Source of the DNA: a virus
Length of the DNA: 34,789 nt
IMG/VR virus record: IMGVR_UViG_3300050505_000049
Location: 1 to 34,789 of that record
Strand: one strand, 5' to 3'
The translations under genes and the position numbers were made by a program. Of the stretch, positions 26,216 through 32,627 are shown one piece after another. The notes below the pieces were generated by a model. It was not told the origin of the DNA, did no database searches, and saw only the letters and a program-made list of their open reading frames with translations. Numbering within the stretch: position 1 is the first letter of the stretch; each line of letters opens with the position of its first letter.

Positions 26216-26293
26216 CCAGCGAGATTGATGATGTTGTTTGCGCGCAACTTCTTTAAGGTTGTACGTACATCACGCCTCACACTCCCCATTAAC

Positions 26294-26578
26294 TTATTTA
26301 CGTCGTTGCGACGCCTTACGCTTTTGCTGTGATTTTGATTCGTCTGGTGCTGGTGGAGCAACTGGCTCCTTCAGAGCCGCTGGCAAATCTACGACCCAGT
26401 GGTGCGCAGGGTCGGAAACGAAGTTTGATGTTACCTTCACATCCGACGCAAGCGCGCCGAGGTTCTGTATTTGTACCAGGCTGAATGTCTTTACCAACCA
26501 ACCACCAATAACCATCATTCGGTCTGTACGCGATTGTTTATCAGCGCTTAATTGTATCGTTTCCCACGTCAATTCCAT
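26294..26578 (-). CDS. Hypothetical protein
   Basis: 94-aa ORF with AAGGAG 8 nt upstream of the ATG at 26578, in the same orientation as the operon. It has a basic C-terminal tail. Confidence 0.65.
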   Translation of the reverse strand: MELTWETIQLSADKQSRTDRMMVIGGWLVKTFSLVQIQNLGALASDVKVTSNFVSDPAHHWVVDLPAALKEPVAPPAPDESKSQQKRKASQRRK

Positions 26579-26590
26579 TTGGAATTCTCC

Positions 26591-27013
26591 TTAAGCAAAA
26601 TTAGGTATGTCGTCATTAAATTCTTCGGCAGGTGCCGCTGGTTCTGCTTCCTCTGGCACCACGTAATCCTTGGTTTGATTACCCAGTTCGCCTGTCTGGT
26701 TGTCAACTTTCTGCACTATATGAATCTGGCCTTGCTTACCCAGGCAATCTTGAGCCATGAGTCTACCTTGCTCAATCTTTTCTGGTTGACCCGTAGTCTT
26801 GCAGAAGTGTTCAACTTTATAAAACATTTTCGGCATTAGGACAATACAATCCCAGTAAGTGACCGCTCGATTGTTGACGATTACTCTAAGCTTTAAGTTA
26901 AGCATATCGTTGCCTGAACTTGAACGCTTTTCCCTAGCGTCCAAGACCTCGAAGTTATAAATACCCTCTGGTATAAGGGCGTCGGCTCTCATTTGCGCTG
27001 CGTTAAAATCCAT
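26591..27013 (-). CDS. Putative ssDNA-binding protein (DUF669-like) with an SSB-type acidic C-terminal tip
   Basis: 140 aa, with its stop/start coupled to the annealing-protein gene. The N-terminal LIPEGIYNFEVLDA pattern resembles DUF669. The C-terminus EEFNDDIPNFA resembles the bacterial SSB tip DDDIPF. Confidence 0.6.
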   Translation of the reverse strand: MDFNAAQMRADALIPEGIYNFEVLDAREKRSSSGNDMLNLKLRVIVNNRAVTYWDCIVLMPKMFYKVEHFCKTTGQPEKIEQGRLMAQDCLGKQGQIHIVQKVDNQTGELGNQTKDYVVPEEAEPAAPAEEFNDDIPNFA

Positions 27014-27879
27014 TACATTTTCTCCTTGATGTGATTAATGATCTTCTCCTTACCTTCAACAGAAATGTCCTGTATGACACTTACATTGAATTGCTTGCAC
27101 CACTTATCAATACTCTTTTGTGGTATGTTCTTTTCCATAATGAGGCGCAACAATTCTTCATCCTCATTGCTGATATGTCGATTTTCTTCAATATTTTCGA
27201 CACATTTGGCTGACACGTCGATATCATCGACATGATCTATAACCTCACCTTCAAAGGTGTTATCGCCAAGTCCTAAGCTTTCTTCAAGCCCAGCCATGCC
27301 TTTACCTTTGGCACGAGTTGGTTCGACCTTTTGTACGACCTCAATGTGGTGTGCTTCGTCCTCAGACATCAACCCAAACAATGCGTCAGGGAAAACGTCA
27401 CGGCAAGCAAAACTTCGTGCCCTGTGCTGTAACATTCGTTTTGGGTACTGCTTCCAAACGGGCTTAGTCCATAGTCCAGCGAGCATTGCATCGTTCTTAC
27501 TGAACTCCCGTGTCTGTGGTTCCTGGTTACGTCTGGTGATAGTGCAGAACGCTATTGGGTTTGCCTCAGTGCCGCCCATCCATTCTTTGATGTCCACAAA
27601 GTCAGGATGGTTTTTAACTAATGCTAATTGACCATCACCCCAGGCAAACGGAACACCATTGATGCAGCCAAGCGAACGCAAAGCTTGCATTGGCTTTAAC
27701 TTTAACTCGTAACCCAATTGAAGGATAACGAGAACATCGTTTGGTCGCCCTTTTAATGCTTGAGGGCAAATACCACTGTTTGCAATAATCATTGCGTACT
27801 TCTCTGCTTCCTCAAGGGTGCGCGGAGAAAAGTTAAAAGTTTGATTGTGAGTTACTAATTCTTGTCGTTGAGTAGCCAT
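27013..27879 (-). CDS. Single-strand annealing protein, Bet/RecT superfamily
   Basis: VWKQYPKRMLQHRARSFACRDVFPDALFGLMSEDEA closely parallels lambda Bet (GPWQSHPKRMLRHKAMIQCARLAFGFAGIYDKDEA). The gene is adjacent to the exonuclease gene. Confidence 0.85.
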   Translation of the reverse strand: MATQRQELVTHNQTFNFSPRTLEEAEKYAMIIANSGICPQALKGRPNDVLVILQLGYELKLKPMQALRSLGCINGVPFAWGDGQLALVKNHPDFVDIKEWMGGTEANPIAFCTITRRNQEPQTREFSKNDAMLAGLWTKPVWKQYPKRMLQHRARSFACRDVFPDALFGLMSEDEAHHIEVVQKVEPTRAKGKGMAGLEESLGLGDNTFEGEVIDHVDDIDVSAKCVENIEENRHISNEDEELLRLIMEKNIPQKSIDKWCKQFNVSVIQDISVEGKEKIINHIKEKM

Positions 27880-27890
27880 AATAATTCCCC

Positions 27891-28724
27891 TTATTTTATA
27901 CGTAATGAACGAACGCCGTTTTTATTAGCTTGGAATGTCACTAGGATTTTTTCGCCATCTCTAATGCCATCGTTATCAGCAATAATTTCAATGAGTTCTC
28001 TTTCAATTTGTTCTTTATCAAAGTCTAGTTTTTTACCTTGGGCTTTGAGTTCAGCAAGATCGCTCAATAAAAGATGAACATTGCTACCGCATTCGATAAA
28101 GTTGCCATTGTTAATGGGATACATTAACTTTAAATCGCCGCGGGTCGTGGCTGGTGGCGCAACATCCGCCAACACGTTTTCAACCCAAAACTTTTCACAG
28201 GCATCTTCGATTTTTTGAATCACTTTCTCATTACGTGGTGTAGGGAATATGCGGTAATCATCAATATCAATGAGTGCCGCAATGTCTGCATCATCGTACT
28301 CCGCGCAAGCAAGTTGATGTTGTACTTGAAGTATGTAATGGATTGGCGCTTCGTCTGTGCCAGTCTCACCCCATGACATTCTCATAAAACCACTTGAGCT
28401 TTTGCATTCGACAATCTTGCGTTGACCGATGATGACTCGATCAAGATTGCAGAGCATGAATGGTAAACGTTTGTGAATCACAGTTTGATTAACGCGACGC
28501 AACTTTACATTTTTACGTCTCGCATATTCACGAGAGATTGTTTCTTCGTGAGCATGACGCAAATGTAATCGGTCATCACTTAATATTGCTGTTTCTTCAA
28601 CGCGCCCCGTTTTTTCTAACCATAACTCGTATGGCGTTTTGTAAGGACTTAAGCCCATGACCACTGCACAATCGGTGGCACCTAAACCTTTTTTTCTCGC
28701 TTCTTTTTGTTCAACTGATAACAT
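27891..28724 (-). CDS. YqaJ / lambda-Exo-like PD-(D/E)XK exonuclease
   Basis: Three motifs typical of YqaJ-type viral recombinase exonucleases are present: LGATDCAVVMGLSPYKTPYELWLEKTG, NLDRVIIGQRKIVECKSS and YILQVQHQL. Confidence 0.9.
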   Translation of the reverse strand: MLSVEQKEARKKGLGATDCAVVMGLSPYKTPYELWLEKTGRVEETAILSDDRLHLRHAHEETISREYARRKNVKLRRVNQTVIHKRLPFMLCNLDRVIIGQRKIVECKSSSGFMRMSWGETGTDEAPIHYILQVQHQLACAEYDDADIAALIDIDDYRIFPTPRNEKVIQKIEDACEKFWVENVLADVAPPATTRGDLKLMYPINNGNFIECGSNVHLLLSDLAELKAQGKKLDFDKEQIERELIEIIADNDGIRDGEKILVTFQANKNGVRSLRIK

Positions 28725-28764
28725 ATTTCACCTTTCTAATTAGTTTGAGTTTGAGTCTGTAAAA

Positions 28765-28784
28765 CCAAACGAAATATTGTTTGG
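28765..28784 (-). terminator. Possible weak attenuator hairpin
   Basis: On the - strand CCAAAC-aatatttc-GTTTGG is followed by TTTTAC, between the acidic-protein gene and the exonuclease gene. Confidence 0.3.
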
Positions 28785-28814
28785 GTAATCTTTCCTTTGC
28801 CGTAATCAAGTCAA

Positions 28815-29276
28815 TCATGCAGACCTCCGAACCCAGTAGGTTTCCCCGTTATCTGCGTGTTGTCTTTGAACGTAACCGTTTTCGTGCATCTCCTCTGAAA
28901 TTCGTTCTGACATTACATCGTCAAAATCTTCTTCCATGCGGCTTGCGTAGTAGTGAACGGCGTTGTCTTTGATGGCTTCAAGGAAAGCTTCGTTATCGTC
29001 GGGTAGACCCGTACTCAAGGCTTTCTTAAAAAGGTTAATAGTTTGATCTGAATGGGTAGGCTCAGTGATGGCACAGAACTCGTCAGAGCGTCCAGCTTCC
29101 TCTATGTAGAGGGCAGCTAGCTCGTGCTTATCACCCTGGCACAAATCACGAAATGATTTATAACCATAGTCACCGATTAGATCATTGATGAAATTACGAA
29201 TGTCTTTCATACCGTTACCTCCTGTAACGCTTCGCAAGCAAATCATTTGCTCGTTTTTAGTATAGCTAATCTTCAT
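28815..29276 (-). CDS. Highly acidic early protein (first gene of the leftward early operon)
   Basis: 153-aa ORF. An alternative start at ATG 29210, with AGGAGG 7 nt upstream, gives 131 aa. The 131-aa form has 14 D and 14 E against 6 K and 8 R by my count. Confidence 0.65.
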   Translation of the reverse strand: MKISYTKNEQMICLRSVTGGNGMKDIRNFINDLIGDYGYKSFRDLCQGDKHELAALYIEEAGRSDEFCAITEPTHSDQTINLFKKALSTGLPDDNEAFLEAIKDNAVHYYASRMEEDFDDVMSERISEEMHENGYVQRQHADNGETYWVRRSA

Positions 29277-29313
29277 GGTACTTTCCTCTCGCTGGTTGTA
29301 TATAACGAAAGGA

Positions 29314-29351
29314 ACTATAACATTAGGTTTATATCAGTGTCAACAACCTTT
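29314..29351 (-). promoter_or_regulatory. Sigma70-type early promoter P2 (leftward)
   Basis: On the - strand: TTGACA (29343-29338), 18-nt spacer, TATAGT (29319-29314). The block AAAGGTTGTTGACA (29351-29338) is identical to P1 at 1793-1780. Confidence 0.6.
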
Positions 29352-29364
29352 CGATATAAAACTA

Positions 29365-29395
29365 TTCCCATAAAGTAGGAATTACTATACAATAG
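29365..29395 (+). promoter_or_regulatory. Candidate rightward early promoter with an overlapping operator-like palindrome
   Basis: TTCCCA (29365-29370), 16-nt spacer, TACAAT (29387-29392). The palindrome ACTAT-ACA-ATAGT (29383-29395) overlaps the -10. The arms AAACTATT (29359-29366) and AATAGTTT (29391-29398) form a second inverted repeat. Confidence 0.35.
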
Positions 29396-29427
29396 TTTGC
29401 GAAATTAAACAACGAATTGGGGAATAT

Positions 29428-29640
29428 ATGAGCGTAGGAAAGCAAATCAAACTATTGAGAGTGGAGTTAGAGATTAGCCAAAACCACCTCGCCAAGCTCT
29501 TGGGGGTTACGGCAACAGCCGTCTATAACTGGGAGTCAAACAGGAAAAAACTGTCTGTCAAAATGGCTCAGGCTTTGATTAAGATAGCCAAGGAGAAAGG
29601 CATCACTTTAAGTTTAGACCAACTATATAAGGAGGATTAA
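29428..29640 (+). CDS. Cro/XRE-family helix-turn-helix regulator
   Basis: 70 aa. IKLLRVELEISQNHLAKLLGVTATAVYNWESNRK is a textbook HTH_XRE pattern. It is the first gene of the rightward early operon, divergent from P2. Confidence 0.85.
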   Translation: MSVGKQIKLLRVELEISQNHLAKLLGVTATAVYNWESNRKKLSVKMAQALIKIAKEKGITLSLDQLYKED

Positions 29641-29642
29641 CT

Positions 29643-29927
29643 ATGACGGAGAAACAACCCACACCCATTTCACTTGACCAAATAGCGCGAATGGATTGGA
29701 CAGATTTTTCACCCGAAGTAAAAAAGAATCGTGTGTTATTGGGCGTTATTTTCAAGTACGCAGAGCCTTTGCGATTTGAGCTTGCCGACGTGATAACTTC
29801 TCAATCCGATACTTTAGACGAGAAAACATTATTTACGTTGAAAGCGTTTTACCACATCTTAAATCAATGGGTACTTGAGATACCTAAATTACAAATCGAA
29901 AACTTAGAGAGAGATAGTAATGGATAA
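29643..29927 (+). CDS. Hypothetical early protein
   Basis: 94-aa ORF with AGGAGG upstream, starting 2 nt after the previous stop. Confidence 0.65.
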   Translation: MTEKQPTPISLDQIARMDWTDFSPEVKKNRVLLGVIFKYAEPLRFELADVITSQSDTLDEKTLFTLKAFYHILNQWVLEIPKLQIENLERDSNG

Positions 29928-30261
29928 CGTAAACACAGAAACATTCCTGGACGCTTTAAAAATTATGATGGAAACGTACTCGGTTCGATACATTGTTATT
30001 AGCACCAAGTTTACGAAGCATCATTTGGAAAAAGTTTCTGGCACAAACAGTGATCGTGGCAAGTGGAAGTGGATAGGTGAAACCAACATAGAAGCGTTTG
30101 ACGCCATGAGTAACAACGAGGAAGCACGTAGGTCACACATTGATGGTGGTGACATGTTCCCTCGATTTTACTTTCTTAAGTCATCATTCATTGCTGAGTT
30201 TAACGAGTGGCTGAAAGCTCGCAATTTAGTGGTCACTGACATTGAGGCACCGCAAATATGA
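29920..30261 (+). CDS. Hypothetical early protein
   Basis: 113-aa ORF with an 8-nt overlap with the previous gene. Confidence 0.65.
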   Translation: MDNVNTETFLDALKIMMETYSVRYIVISTKFTKHHLEKVSGTNSDRGKWKWIGETNIEAFDAMSNNEEARRSHIDGGDMFPRFYFLKSSFIAEFNEWLKARNLVVTDIEAPQI

Positions 30262-30626
30262 ATTGGGGAACCATTGAACAACAGCGTAAATATTATGAAT
30301 TAGAGCAAGTTTTTGAATGGCGTAAATGGTCAAAAGAAATTCCTGCTATTAAATTCCCGCCACACTGGAATGTTAAGATAGTACCTCCTTTTGCCGCGGC
30401 TATGATTCGATTTTGGGTTACGCTCGATGACATGGTAGATGGTATCAGCGTTTATCTTGATTGTTATGAAACTCTAGGCTGTTGGGATGGTCAACCCTAT
30501 TGGGAAATTCACCCTTGTTCGGATGGTGATTGCGCTCGATATGATATGACCGATGTTAAAGGTTTACTTGAAGGTATTGAAGAAGCATTAAACGCTAGGA
30601 TAAAGAAAAATGATGCCGCCAATTGA
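30258..30626 (+). CDS. Hypothetical early protein
   Basis: 122-aa ORF with ATGA overlap coupling. Trp/Cys-containing globular-looking sequence. Confidence 0.65.
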   Translation: MNWGTIEQQRKYYELEQVFEWRKWSKEIPAIKFPPHWNVKIVPPFAAAMIRFWVTLDDMVDGISVYLDCYETLGCWDGQPYWEIHPCSDGDCARYDMTDVKGLLEGIEEALNARIKKNDAAN

Positions 30627-30948
30627 AGAACAAATGAGAGTGTTTAATATTCCGCTCAATTTAAAGCACGATCATAGTGACGAGAATTTGGAACGGATGG
30701 AGTCAGGTTTGCGTTGTTTAGATATGTTATTACAAGGAGGGCACGACAAATGTGTTAAGCAAATGGTGTTGTATGCTGAAATGAATATTAAATTTTTATT
30801 CATCCAAGCATTAGTAAACAAGGGTGCCGACATTGATAAAGCGCTACAGCTTTTTGTCGCAAACCTTATGGAAATATTTTTACCTAAAAAAACTTTTGAA
30901 ATCTACGAGGGAAAGAAAGATGAACGATTGCTGCAAACAGACCTATAA
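30610..30948 (+). CDS. Hypothetical early protein
   Basis: 112-aa ORF with a 17-nt overlap with the previous gene. Confidence 0.6.
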   Translation: MMPPIEEQMRVFNIPLNLKHDHSDENLERMESGLRCLDMLLQGGHDKCVKQMVLYAEMNIKFLFIQALVNKGADIDKALQLFVANLMEIFLPKKTFEIYEGKKDERLLQTDL

Positions 30949-31066
30949 AAATGCGTTTAAAGAAGTAGTTATCATGCTTAATTCACAGTTGGCGCACTTG
31001 TCAATTGGCGCGGTGATAGCAGCGTTAAACTTTGCTATCAAAGAGCTTGAGAAGGAAAAGAAATGA
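30920..31066 (+). CDS. 48-aa hypothetical protein
   Basis: Internal ATG of the 30824-31066 ORF, preceded by GAGGGAAAG. The product is MNDCCKQTYKNAFKEVVIMLNSQLAHLSIGAVIAALNFAIKELEKEKK. Confidence 0.45.
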   Translation: MNDCCKQTYKNAFKEVVIMLNSQLAHLSIGAVIAALNFAIKELEKEKK

Positions 31067-31275
31067 GTCCTATTTTGAATATGAGTTTAGCTTTATGCGT
31101 TTACGCCATCATTGCAATAGCATCGTATATGATGGGGCGCATGGCTGAAAACAGGAAATGGGCTGAGATTTGGTTTAATCAATGGCGTTCAGTGCTTGAT
31201 GCACAGGGCGCTTTAGAAACTCGGCTCATTAAGTTAGTCACGGAAGCTACGGAGAAAAATAATGTGGTTAATTAA
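31063..31275 (+). CDS. 70-aa membrane protein (N-terminal TM plus helical tail)
   Basis: ATGA overlap with the previous gene. The TM segment is LALCVYAIIAIASYMMG. Confidence 0.6.
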   Translation: MSPILNMSLALCVYAIIAIASYMMGRMAENRKWAEIWFNQWRSVLDAQGALETRLIKLVTEATEKNNVVN

Positions 31276-31366
31276 TATTTTTTTGGTTATCTGCAACACA
31301 GGTTTGATGGCGGCATTAGTCGCGTTGCTTATTATTAATATTATGGTAATGAGGTCGTCACGATGA
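31262..31366 (+). CDS. 34-aa hydrophobic mini-protein (below the ORF-track cutoff)
   Basis: GGAG lies 7 nt upstream. The product is MWLINIFLVICNTGLMAALVALLIINIMVMRSSR. Its TGA overlaps the next ATG. Confidence 0.4.
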   Translation: MWLINIFLVICNTGLMAALVALLIINIMVMRSSR

Positions 31367-31449
31367 AAAAAATATTGGGTAATTTGTTATTAATTGCCTG
31401 TGTCTTACTGTTTTTTTACTGCATAGGGTGGATGGGAGTAGCGCCATGA
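31363..31449 (+). CDS. 28-aa hydrophobic mini-protein (below the ORF-track cutoff)
   Basis: GAGG lies 8 nt upstream. The product is MKKILGNLLLIACVLLFFYCIGWMGVAP. ATGA overlaps occur at both ends. Confidence 0.4.
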   Translation: MKKILGNLLLIACVLLFFYCIGWMGVAP

Positions 31450-31643
31450 TAGATATACTTACGGGGAAACCAGTTAAAGAGATCGTGTGTTATAAATGCG
31501 GCAGCAACGAACAACTTTTAGTTCAAGAGAAAACGTGTAACACAACTGGAAAAGTCATTGAGAAACAATTTATTTGCGCGACATGCGCGTGGGGATGTGA
31601 AAATGAGCAAGAGCAAAAACGAACTGCCAGAGAAAACAATTGA
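31446..31643 (+). CDS. 65-aa zinc-ribbon-like protein
   Basis: Internal ATG coupled by ATGA to the upstream mini-ORF. The CxxC pairs are CYKCGS ... CATCAWGC. Confidence 0.55.
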   Translation: MIDILTGKPVKEIVCYKCGSNEQLLVQEKTCNTTGKVIEKQFICATCAWGCENEQEQKRTARENN

Positions 31644-31830
31644 TGCCATTATCAGCACGAACAATATTCTTTTATTGATGACTGGTTTTGCCATGTCAAT
31701 CATGTATGAGATGCGTAGTCGGGTGCCTCTCGGTGAGTTCGATGGACGTTTACAGGAAAATTTTAAATGGTATGAACAGGCCGTTGAGAACGTAGTTTAC
31801 AAGAACACTGCACCGCCGAGGTTGCCATGA
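31603..31830 (+). CDS. Hypothetical protein with a central hydrophobic segment
   Basis: Internal ATG at 31603 after GGGGATG. The product is MSKSKNELPEKTIDAIISTNNILLLMTGFAMSIMY... It overlaps the previous gene by 41 nt. Confidence 0.5.
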   Translation: MSKSKNELPEKTIDAIISTNNILLLMTGFAMSIMYEMRSRVPLGEFDGRLQENFKWYEQAVENVVYKNTAPPRLP

Positions 31831-31955
31831 ATTTAGCCTATATCTTATTAGTTTTTATTTGCTCATTTGTAATGAATTTCACAATGGGATGGCGAATAGG
31901 TTGTTTTGCTATGGCGTCAATTACGCTTTTCTTGGCGCTTGATAAATTTCATTAA
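31827..31955 (+). CDS. 42-aa hydrophobic mini-protein (below the ORF-track cutoff)
   Basis: ATGA overlap with the previous gene and GAGG 5 nt upstream. The product is MNLAYILLVFICSFVMNFTMGWRIGCFAMASITLFLALDKFH. It is the last ORF before the terminator. Confidence 0.4.
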   Translation: MNLAYILLVFICSFVMNFTMGWRIGCFAMASITLFLALDKFH

Positions 31956-31960
31956 AAAAC

Positions 31961-32000
31961 TGCCCACTTGAAATAAGCACAGGTGGGCATTTAATGTTTT
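31961..32000. terminator. Terminator of the rightward early operon (between convergent genes)
   Basis: TGCCCAC (31961-31967) pairs with GTGGGCA (31983-31989), followed by TTTAATGTTTT. Confidence 0.5.
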
Positions 32001-32049
32001 CCACGAGGAGGCGTGAGTATATAGGGTTTCCCTTCAATTACACACAGGG

Positions 32050-32301
32050 TTATCCACTATTTTTGTGGGTAACTTCTTTCATTTCCTCTCGCTTCTTATC
32101 TTCCGCTGCGTACTCAATCAAAAAGTTTTTCATGCTGTCAATGGCGCATGATAAATTTGACTTGGCTTTTTTGAAAGCAACATGGGAAGCGCGCGGGGTA
32201 AAATCTTCGTACTCAGATCGGTTAATTGTTGTCAACACCAACTCATTATCTTGCCAAAATTCGATCATTTGTATCAATGTACCTGTGTTTGCCTTATCCA
32301 T
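32050..32301 (-). CDS. Hypothetical protein, isolated leftward gene
   Basis: Start taken at ATG 32301, with GAGAAGG 4 nt upstream; ATG 32316 is an alternative. The hydrophilic product looks more protein-like than the overlapping + strand ORF 31994-32407. Confidence 0.5.
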   Translation of the reverse strand: MDKANTGTLIQMIEFWQDNELVLTTINRSEYEDFTPRASHVAFKKAKSNLSCAIDSMKNFLIEYAAEDKKREEMKEVTHKNSG

Positions 32302-32627
32302 AAAACCTTCTCTCATTCAGTTATTTGCGCAGAAACGCAAGCTTAACGTGTTGATTATTTATTTGTATAGGAATTTTTTTCAGGCGGTAGTAGTATTTAG
32401 GCATTAGCTGCACAGATTAGTTGATCGTATTTAGATCACATCTTCTAGGATGAAGGTGGCAGAGAAAGAATTTGTTAGATTTGAAATTTGGATTGGTGTG
32501 ATAGGAGGGTCTGAATAACCCTCCTCACCTCGAATGTGATTCCATTTACAATCGCTCACCTCAGCAGGGTTATGATAGCGCATTGCAATGGGATTGCAAA
32601 TAGTCATAGCCGTATAAGGAAAATTTG

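Noticed and set aside
26238-26594. 118-aa + strand ORF (TTG start)
   Set aside because: It is antisense to the RBS-supported 26294-26578 gene of the leftward operon, needs a non-ATG start without an SD, and its product is Ser/Cys/Arg-rich and low in complexity. A 34-aa + strand ORF from ATG 26228 was also noted but has only a weak GAGA box.
27257-27631. 124-aa + strand ORF, plus 27031-27213 and 27038-27235
   Set aside because: These are antisense shadows inside the well-supported Bet/RecT-type gene.
31363-31449. Lipobox-like LIAC in the 28-aa peptide, considered as an Rz1-type o-spanin with 31063-31275 as the i-spanin
   Set aside because: The putative signal peptide would be only 12 residues and the mature part 16 hydrophobic residues, with none of the Pro-rich character of Rz1. 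The pair sits in the early operon, far from the endolysin. It is treated as a plain TM peptide.
31994-32407. 137-aa + strand ORF overlapping the 32050-32301 - strand gene
   Set aside because: It starts immediately after the early-operon terminator with no RBS. The product is Ser/Phe/Leu-rich and looks non-protein-like. The - strand frame has a GAGAAGG box and a balanced hydrophilic composition. The choice is not certain.
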